Below are positions 1-5,377 of a DNA stretch of 32,000 nucleotides, piece by piece. A program made the position numbers and the translations under genes. The notes under the pieces are model-generated. The model worked only from the letters and a program-made list of their open reading frames with translations, was not told where the DNA came from and did not search any database. The number at the start of each line of letters is the position of its first letter. Positions within the stretch are counted from its first letter, which is position 1. Source of the stretch: Corynebacterium amycolatum (GTDB taxonomy: Bacteria > Actinomycetota > Actinomycetes > Mycobacteriales > Mycobacteriaceae); NCBI RefSeq assembly GCF_049243625.1, contig NZ_CP046975.1; one strand, 5' to 3'.

Positions 1-1
1 C

Positions 2-253
2 GATGTCACTATTGTGGATCGCCGAAATCCGACTGACATCGAGGCGGGTTTTTTCGCGCCCGGGCTTCGGGTAGTCAGGATTAAATCGGGGAAAAATACC
101 GAATGGGAGTTTGCCGTGGACTCGTCCTCGGACACCGCGCTGGTGGCGTGGGTGGAGTCGAAGCCGTCGTCACGCCAGACTCGTGAGTTTCCTACAGATA
201 TTGAGCGACGTTTTCGTTCGGCTTATAACCGCGGCCGGGGAAGCCAGTACTAG
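2..253 (+). CDS. 3' end of a conserved hypothetical protein, open to the left window edge (possibly the DUF2550-type protein found between atpC and nucS in Corynebacterium/Mycobacterium)
   Basis: Frame 2 has no stop from nt 2 to TAG 251-253, so the ATG at 14 in the ORF track is probably internal. The family guess rests on remembered synteny only; I saw no diagnostic motif. Confidence 0.45.
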   Translation, partial: DVTIVDRRNPTDIEAGFFAPGLRVVRIKSGKNTEWEFAVDSSSDTALVAWVESKPSSRQTREFPTDIERRFRSAYNRGRGSQY

Positions 254-330
254 GCTGCGACGGCAGGTTATTGCGAAGCCTCTAGTGGGTATTGTTTTCT
301 CCCGCGCGGCAGTCACGTTAGGGTAGGGGA

Positions 331-1023
331 ATGCGCCTTGTGATTGCTGAATGCACCGTCGACTATGTCGGTCGCTTGAATGCCCATCTGCCTCATGCTC
401 CGCGCTTGCTGTTGGTGAAAGCTGATGGGTCTGTCTCTGTGCATGCCGACGACCGTGCATATAAGCCCCTGAACTGGATGACACCGCCGTGCACGCTGAC
501 GGAGAAGGATATTCTCGACGAGTCGGGTGAGGACACTGGTGAAAAGCTTTGGGTCGTTGAGAACAAGAAGGGCGAGCAGCTTCGTATCACTATCGGCAAG
601 GTGTTAGCTGATAGCACCTACGAGCTGGGAGAGGATCCCGGCCTGGAGAAGGATGGTGTAGAAGCGCATCTACAGGAGCTGCTTGCAGATCAGTTCACAA
701 CTTTTGGCGAGGGCTACACCCTGATTCGGCGCGAATACCCAACCGCGATTGGGCCGGTGGATCTGCTTGGCCGCGATGAAAACGGAGCCACTGTAGCAGT
801 GGAGGTTAAGCGTCGGGGTGGTATCGATGGTGTCGAGCAGCTAACCCGTTACTTGGAGATGCTGAACCGCGATGAGCTGCTGGCACCGGTAGAGGGGATT
901 TTTGCTGCCCAGGAGATTAAGCCACAGGCCAAGACTCTGGCAGAGGACCGTGGTATTCGCTGTGTGACCGTGGATTACGACGCGCTGCGTGGCCTGGAGT
1001 CCAACGAATTGCGGTTGTTTTAG
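331..1023 (+). CDS. nucS: Endonuclease NucS (EndoMS), mismatch-specific endonuclease
   Basis: 230 aa. The N-terminus [16 protein letters not shown] and the PD-(D/E)xK core [23 protein letters not shown] match the NucS family. The C-terminal ...NELRLF resembles the beta-clamp-binding tail. Confidence 0.95.
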   Translation: MRLVIAECTVDYVGRLNAHLPHAPRLLLVKADGSVSVHADDRAYKPLNWMTPPCTLTEKDILDESGEDTGEKLWVVENKKGEQLRITIGKVLADSTYELGEDPGLEKDGVEAHLQELLADQFTTFGEGYTLIRREYPTAIGPVDLLGRDENGATVAVEVKRRGGIDGVEQLTRYLEMLNRDELLAPVEGIFAAQEIKPQAKTLAEDRGIRCVTVDYDALRGLESNELRLF

Positions 1024-1025
1024 TC

Positions 1026-1385
1026 ATGCCTAGGCGAAACCACAAGCGGCGCGGCAATCAACGGGGTAATCAACGCGGCAGGCGTAATAACCAAGGCCAG
1101 AATCGCGGCAGCCTGCCCGCATTTGGCAGTTCTTTTCAAAACACTCGCACTGAATCCGGGCCTGCCGGTTGGCAGGACGTGGACTTTGCGGTGCGTAACA
1201 TCAGCGCTGGCCAGTCCAATAAGATTTATCGCTGTCCGGGGTGCGACCAGGAAATCATGCCTGGGACCTCTCACATTGTGGCATGGCCACAGGATTATGG
1301 TGCCGGCGCCGATGACCGGCGCCATTGGCACACTAACTGCTGGCGCAACAGAGCTCACCGCACTATCACGCGCCGCTGGGGATAG
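1026..1385 (+). CDS. Conserved actinobacterial basic protein with a zinc-ribbon-like CxxC...HxHxxC motif (Rv1322-like; often annotated 'ATP/GTP-binding protein'), function unknown
   Basis: 119 aa. ATG 1026 lies 2 nt after the nucS stop. The N-terminus is R/N/Q/G-rich (RGNQRGNQRGRRNNQGQNRG). The C-terminal part carries CPGC and, 26 residues later, HWHTNC. Confidence 0.75.
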   Translation: MPRRNHKRRGNQRGNQRGRRNNQGQNRGSLPAFGSSFQNTRTESGPAGWQDVDFAVRNISAGQSNKIYRCPGCDQEIMPGTSHIVAWPQDYGAGADDRRHWHTNCWRNRAHRTITRRWG

Positions 1386-1387
1386 AT

Positions 1388-1840
1388 TTACTTTGCCGGC
1401 TCAACGAGCTCCAGCAGGACGCCACCGGCATCCTTCGGGTGGATGAAGTTGATGCGCGAACCTGCGGTGCCAATCTTCGGCTCCGGGTAGAGCACGCGGG
1501 TGCCCTGCTCCTTCAGATGTGCCATCAGAGCCTCCAAATCAGTGACGCGAACTGCGTACTGCTGGATTCCCGGCCCCTTCTTGTCCAGGTACTTTGCAAT
1601 GGTGGACTGGTCATTCAGCGGCGCGAGAATCTGAACCAGAGTGCCACCTTCAACCTTGTCGGCCGGGCCGACCATGGCCTCGTGGACGCCCTGCTCTTCA
1701 TTGACCTCATCGTGGTAGTTGATGAACCCCAGGTTTGCGCGGTACCACTCAATAGCGGCATCAAAATCTGGGACCGCGACGCCGACGTGATCAACAGCGA
1801 CTACGTACTTATGGGGAACGGGAATCTGTGTCTCACTCAT
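1388..1840 (-). CDS. mce: Methylmalonyl-CoA epimerase (VOC/glyoxalase-fold family)
   Basis: The 243-aa ORF is trimmed to ATG 1838-1840 (MSETQIPVPHKYVVAVDHVGVAVPDFDAAIEWY...). This gives 150 aa, the typical epimerase length, with VOC-fold motifs. The 5' extension overlaps the divergent gene and looks non-coding. Confidence 0.85.
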   Translation of the reverse strand: MSETQIPVPHKYVVAVDHVGVAVPDFDAAIEWYRANLGFINYHDEVNEEQGVHEAMVGPADKVEGGTLVQILAPLNDQSTIAKYLDKKGPGIQQYAVRVTDLEALMAHLKEQGTRVLYPEPKIGTAGSRINFIHPKDAGGVLLELVEPAK

Positions 1841-1847
1841 AGTTTCC

Positions 1848-1864
1848 AGAGTACTCGCTATTAT
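1848..1864. promoter_or_regulatory. Putative back-to-back -10 elements for leaderless mce (minus) and the MTH1187 gene (plus)
   Basis: On the plus strand, TATTAT (1859-1864) is followed by 7 nt and then ATG 1872. On the minus strand, TACTCT (complement of 1848-1853) is followed by 7 nt and then ATG 1840. Neither gene has a usable Shine-Dalgarno. The whole spacer is 31 bp. Confidence 0.4.
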
Positions 1865-1871
1865 CGGCGCC

Positions 1872-2177
1872 ATGATTGTCGCATTTTCTGTTGCCCCCAC
1901 TTTCTCCGATCCTGAGCAGGGAATGGCTGAGGCCGTTGCTGAAGCCGTACGTGTTGTGCGCGAATCTGGCCTGCCCAACGAAACTAATGCCATGTTCACC
2001 CTTGTTGAAGGCGAGTGGGATGAGGTCATGGACGTGGTTAAGCGAGCCACGGAAGCAGTCAGCCGTGTCAGTCCGCGCACTTCTCTCGTCATCAAAGCGG
2101 ACATTCGCAACGGGTACACCGGGCAGCTGCGTGCGAAAGTCGATGCGGTGGAGGATGCGCTAAAAGCTACCGACTAG
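1872..2177 (+). CDS. MTH1187/YkoF-family thiamine-binding protein (DUF77)
   Basis: 101 aa. MIVAFSVAP...GLPNETNAMFTLVEGEWDEVMDVVKRA is the characteristic family signature and size. Confidence 0.85.
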   Translation: MIVAFSVAPTFSDPEQGMAEAVAEAVRVVRESGLPNETNAMFTLVEGEWDEVMDVVKRATEAVSRVSPRTSLVIKADIRNGYTGQLRAKVDAVEDALKATD

Positions 2178-2199
2178 TCTCTTGTTCGGCTTGGACACG

Positions 2200-2233
2200 T
2201 AGGCTCTACATAGGTCTTTACATAGGCTTTACG
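2200..2233 (+). repeat. Three tandem imperfect 11-12 bp repeats (TAGGCTCTACA / TAGGTCTTTACA / TAGGCTTTACG)
   Basis: Read directly from the sequence. The units sit at 2200-2210, 2211-2222 and 2223-2233, ending 27 nt upstream of ATG 2261. Confidence 0.7.
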
Positions 2234-2260
2234 ACGACACTGGAGAGGAACCCTTTTACG

Positions 2261-3310
2261 ATGCCAGCTGGACATGGTCACGCACATGGCCATTCGCATG
2301 GTCACTCGCATGGAGCACACGGTCACCGCGAGTGCTCGACCCCGCCACCACCGCCCGGTACGGTTGATTTGGAGCAGCTCCACCAGCGCGCCGAAGCCGA
2401 ACGTAAGCGCCGAGAGGAAATCGAGCGGGCAACCAGTGATCAGGGAGACGGGCTTCCTCCTGTGGTGGAGATTGCCCCGCAGACCCTTGAGGCAGAAGTC
2501 GTTCTGCGCTCGGAGCAGGTACCGGTAATTGTCTTAATCGGCATGGCGGGAGCAGCTGATTCGCTACGTCTTCGGGCTGAGCTAGAAGGCATGGCCCGTG
2601 AGGCCAATTTGAACTGGATTCTGGCGTGGGCGGATGCTGAGGAGCATCCGCAGCTGGCCCAGGCATTCGGTGTGCAGGCAGTGCCGACAGTCACGGCCGT
2701 GGCTATGGGCAGTCCCATTGGCATGTTTGTAGGCGAGAAAACCAGGGATTGGCTGGAGCAGTGGCTGGCGCAGGTTATGGAGGCCACTCGGGGGCGTCTC
2801 AAGGGGTTGCCGGCGGGAACTCGTATGGCTGGGGAGGGCAGCGAGCCGGAGGCTCCCGAGCCGACTGACTTCTTCGGCAATCCCGTACCCACCGATGACC
2901 CGCGTTTGGAGCAGGCCGAAGAGTTGCTCGAGGAGGGCAATTTCGACGGGGCGTTGGAGTTGTATGACGCTATGCTGCAGTCCGAGCCCGCAAATCAGGT
3001 TCTGAAGCGCGCTCACGCGAATGTGTCCTTCTTCGCCCGCGCTGCCAAAATTGATCGCAGTGCAGATCCAATGGCAAAAGCCGACGCAGCGCCGAAGGAC
3101 GTCGCGCTCGCCCTCGATGCCGCGGATGTCACGATGCTTGTCGACGACCCAGCGAAGGCGCTCGATCGTTTGTTGAAGTTGCTCCCGCAGGTGTTTGGCG
3201 ATGACCGTGAGACCATCAAGTCGCGTCTACTAGAGCTGCTTGTGCTATTCGATACCACGGATCCAGTGGCATTGGATGCGCGCCGGAGGATGGCTAGCGC
3301 ACTGTACTAG
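2261..3310 (+). CDS. Thioredoxin-fold plus TPR co-chaperone-like protein (YbbN/CnoX-like, Rv1324-like) with a His-rich N-terminal tail
   Basis: 349 aa. A Trx-like segment (VPVIVLIGMAGAAD...FGVQAVPTVTAV) lacks the CxxC motif. The C-terminal helical region (LEEGNFDGALELYDAMLQSEPAN...) is TPR-like. GGAGAGG at 2242-2248 could serve as the RBS. Confidence 0.8.
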   Translation: MPAGHGHAHGHSHGHSHGAHGHRECSTPPPPPGTVDLEQLHQRAEAERKRREEIERATSDQGDGLPPVVEIAPQTLEAEVVLRSEQVPVIVLIGMAGAADSLRLRAELEGMAREANLNWILAWADAEEHPQLAQAFGVQAVPTVTAVAMGSPIGMFVGEKTRDWLEQWLAQVMEATRGRLKGLPAGTRMAGEGSEPEAPEPTDFFGNPVPTDDPRLEQAEELLEEGNFDGALELYDAMLQSEPANQVLKRAHANVSFFARAAKIDRSADPMAKADAAPKDVALALDAADVTMLVDDPAKALDRLLKLLPQVFGDDRETIKSRLLELLVLFDTTDPVALDARRRMASALY

Positions 3311-3326
3311 GAGCACTGTACTAGGA
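3299..3326 (+). repeat. Perfect 14-bp tandem duplication GCACTGTACTAGGA x2 spanning the stop codon
   Basis: Copies sit at 3299-3312 and 3313-3326. The first contains the last three codons plus TAG of the preceding CDS. Confidence 0.9.
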
Positions 3327-3349
3327 GCCTTGAAAGCGCAGGCTCCTAG
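3321..3349. terminator. Hairpin between convergent genes (10-bp perfect stem CTAGGAGCCT/AGGCTCCTAG, 9-nt loop)
   Basis: Stem arms at 3321-3330 and 3340-3349. There is no U-tract on either side. The hairpin overlaps the stop codon of the minus-strand gene. Confidence 0.5.
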
Positions 3350-3741
3350 CTAGAAGCGTCGGTGTACGGCCAGGCATCCGGAGCCATGAAGTAGTAGACG
3401 CTGCCCATTACAGCGGCCATAAACGCCATCAGCAACAGGAAAAGCGTTGCTTTCATTGCCACATGGCGCTGCGCATACCAGGCGTAAAAGGCGTCCAATT
3501 TTGCTGCCAACCAGATGTTCAGGCGACGTGTCGGTGGGTGGACCAACGAGAGAATTCCCAGTGCAACAAAGATGCAGAGCCATCCGGGGGCAGGAGTTGG
3601 CAAAATGATAATGCCAACAATGAGCAGTGCGAAGCCTGCGACGAGAAGAACTGGGGAGAGCACCGGTCCGTACCAGGTGTTACGCATATGGGCATGGCGA
3701 ATCTGCATGCGGTCCATCAAGCGATGTACCTTTTCTTCCAT
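3346..3741 (-). CDS. PGPGW-domain (TIGR02611-like) small integral membrane protein
   Basis: 131 aa with 3-4 hydrophobic helices. LPTPAPGWLCIFVALGIL resembles the PGPGW signature. GGAGGAAG lies 9 nt upstream of ATG 3741. Confidence 0.7.
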   Translation of the reverse strand: MEEKVHRLMDRMQIRHAHMRNTWYGPVLSPVLLVAGFALLIVGIIILPTPAPGWLCIFVALGILSLVHPPTRRLNIWLAAKLDAFYAWYAQRHVAMKATLFLLLMAFMAAVMGSVYYFMAPDAWPYTDASS

Positions 3742-3865
3742 TGCGATTCACTTCCTCCGATTTTCGGTGCCGTGTAGTACTCCTAGCAGCGGTCTCAAAA
3801 CAAGGCATCGTTGACACAACAAACATCAAATGTGCAGTTCAACTGCCTGGGTGCACCGTTGGACA

Positions 3866-3894
3866 TTGACTATTTTTAATCATGTCTATATTTA
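3866..3894 (+). promoter_or_regulatory. Candidate sigma-A promoter for the lipoprotein gene (TTGACT-N17-TATTTA)
   Basis: TTGACT at 3866-3871 and TATTTA at 3889-3894, inside an AT-rich 335-bp spacer. It would give a leader of about 180 nt. This is a motif match only. Confidence 0.25.
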
Positions 3895-4076
3895 ATCCAT
3901 TGTTGCACAAAAGTTGCGCCCCAGTGCAACGAGATTTTTCGGAAGGTGGTAATCTTCCAACAGTTCATAGTGGTTTACAGCAGTTACCACTGCCTTTCAT
4001 CCGCCTATTCACCTCAGACAGTTCATACTGCGCTAGGTGCCTTTGGTCTTCAGTTTTCTGCAGCCAGGAGTTTTGC

Positions 4077-5249
4077 ATGCGACTTCGCCCCAAAGTCCTT
4101 CGCGCTACTTCCGCCTCGGTCCTTGTTGCGCTTTCGGCCTCGACTCTGTTGGTGGGATGCACCATCGATGGCTCAAACGCCACCGGGGCCAAGGCCACCA
4201 TTGCTGCCGCAAAGCCAAAAGCTCCAGATAACGGTTGGGATGCTTCCGAGGAAGTCGCCTGGTCTGATGCCCAGGACGCCCTCGATACCGCAGCTAAGAA
4301 TTTCTCCGACAACTATGGCATCGAATTGGGCGCCTATTTGCGCGTCATTGACGGTCCGTACAAGGGGCTCACGGCGTCGGTAGGCGAGGACACGAAGGAG
4401 TACTCCGCATCGACCATTAAGGCTCCGTTGGTGGTTACTGCGCTGAAGAAATTTGGCGATGAGCTAGACAAGACGGTGACGGTCGATTGGGGCAACGGTG
4501 TTGGCGGAAGCGTGATTGGTCCTGGTCAATACACGCTCGACGGGCTGTTGCAATACGTGATGCGGTATTCGGACAACACCGCGGCGAATGGGTTGATTGA
4601 CGCTGTCGGTGGTTTCGACGAGGTCAATAAAACCATCAAGGAAGCCGGTGTTGATGACAAGCGCTACCACCTGGGCAACAAGTTCAACATCCCCAATCCC
4701 AGCGGTGATCGGTCCTGGTTTACTCCCTCTCAGGCTGCGCTGTTCATGGCACGTCTCCAGGAAGTGGCCGATGGCACCTCAAAGCACAACTTCATTACCA
4801 AGGACACGGCACAAACTGCATTGACCTACCTCACCTACGGTGGTTCGCAGAAGTTTGTGATGTACGTCGGATCCGCGGTACAGAAGACCGGTGACACTGC
4901 CGAGGGCGTTAATGACCACGGTATTTTGTACACCGCGGCCGGACCTATCGCTTACGCAATTACGACGCGCTTTGATGGGGTGCCGCTCAATGAGCTTACC
5001 GACGGCCTGCTCGGCCAGCTGGGTTCCCAAATCGCCCCGCTTCTGCCGGATTACAATCGCCTTGGTAAGGATGGAAAGCCACTGACTGCCAAGCAGGCTG
5101 CAACGTGGAGCGCGGATGAGGATGGCGACGGCATTCCGGATCGCATCGGAACCGACAGCATGGATGGATCCGCGTACACCGATGATTCAGATTCTGCGAA
5201 TTACAACGAATCTTTGGAACCTGACTGGTTCAATCCGTTCCGAGGATAG
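4077..5249 (+). CDS. Class-A beta-lactamase-fold serine hydrolase lipoprotein (Glu166 position substituted) with an acidic C-terminal tail
   Basis: The ORF is trimmed to ATG 4077, with CCAGGAG 6 nt upstream. Signal peptide and lipobox: MRLRPKVLRATSASVLVALSASTLLVGC. Motifs present are SASTIK (SxxK), YSDNTAAN (SDN) and QKTGD (KTG). The discarded 5' extension (3882-4076) is Cys-rich and AT-rich. Confidence 0.85.
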   Translation: MRLRPKVLRATSASVLVALSASTLLVGCTIDGSNATGAKATIAAAKPKAPDNGWDASEEVAWSDAQDALDTAAKNFSDNYGIELGAYLRVIDGPYKGLTASVGEDTKEYSASTIKAPLVVTALKKFGDELDKTVTVDWGNGVGGSVIGPGQYTLDGLLQYVMRYSDNTAANGLIDAVGGFDEVNKTIKEAGVDDKRYHLGNKFNIPNPSGDRSWFTPSQAALFMARLQEVADGTSKHNFITKDTAQTALTYLTYGGSQKFVMYVGSAVQKTGDTAEGVNDHGILYTAAGPIAYAITTRFDGVPLNELTDGLLGQLGSQIAPLLPDYNRLGKDGKPLTAKQAATWSADEDGDGIPDRIGTDSMDGSAYTDDSDSANYNESLEPDWFNPFRG

Positions 5250-5274
5250 GACCTGGATACGCTCCCCAAAACAA

Positions 5275-5341
5275 AATTGCCCGTGGGTCAGGTTTTCAGG
5301 CCGAAACTCAGGTCACTGAAAACCGTGCAACACGGGCAATT
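5275..5341. terminator. Compound hairpin between convergent genes; intrinsic terminator for glgB and probably bidirectional
   Basis: The outer 11-bp stem is AATTGCCCGTG (5275-5285) with CACGGGCAATT (5331-5341). The inner 9-bp stem is GGTTTTCAG (5291-5299) with CTGAAAACC (5316-5324). On the minus strand it is followed by TTTTGTTTTGGGG. Confidence 0.65.
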
Positions 5342-5377
5342 CCTATGCGATTGTCTTCTATTCGGGTGGATTCGGGA

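Noticed and set aside
1841-2119. 93-codon 5' extension of the epimerase ORF (1388-2119 in the ORF track).
   Set aside because: It overlaps the well-supported divergent MTH1187 gene on the other strand. It encodes Ser/Thr/Arg-rich filler. The epimerase family length fits a start at 1840.
3882-4076. 65-codon 5' extension of the lipoprotein ORF (MSIFNPLLHKSCAPVQRDF...).
   Set aside because: It is AT-rich, Cys-rich and unlike any signal or domain. A well-placed RBS plus ATG at 4077 starts a textbook lipoprotein signal peptide. I treat the segment as leader/UTR.
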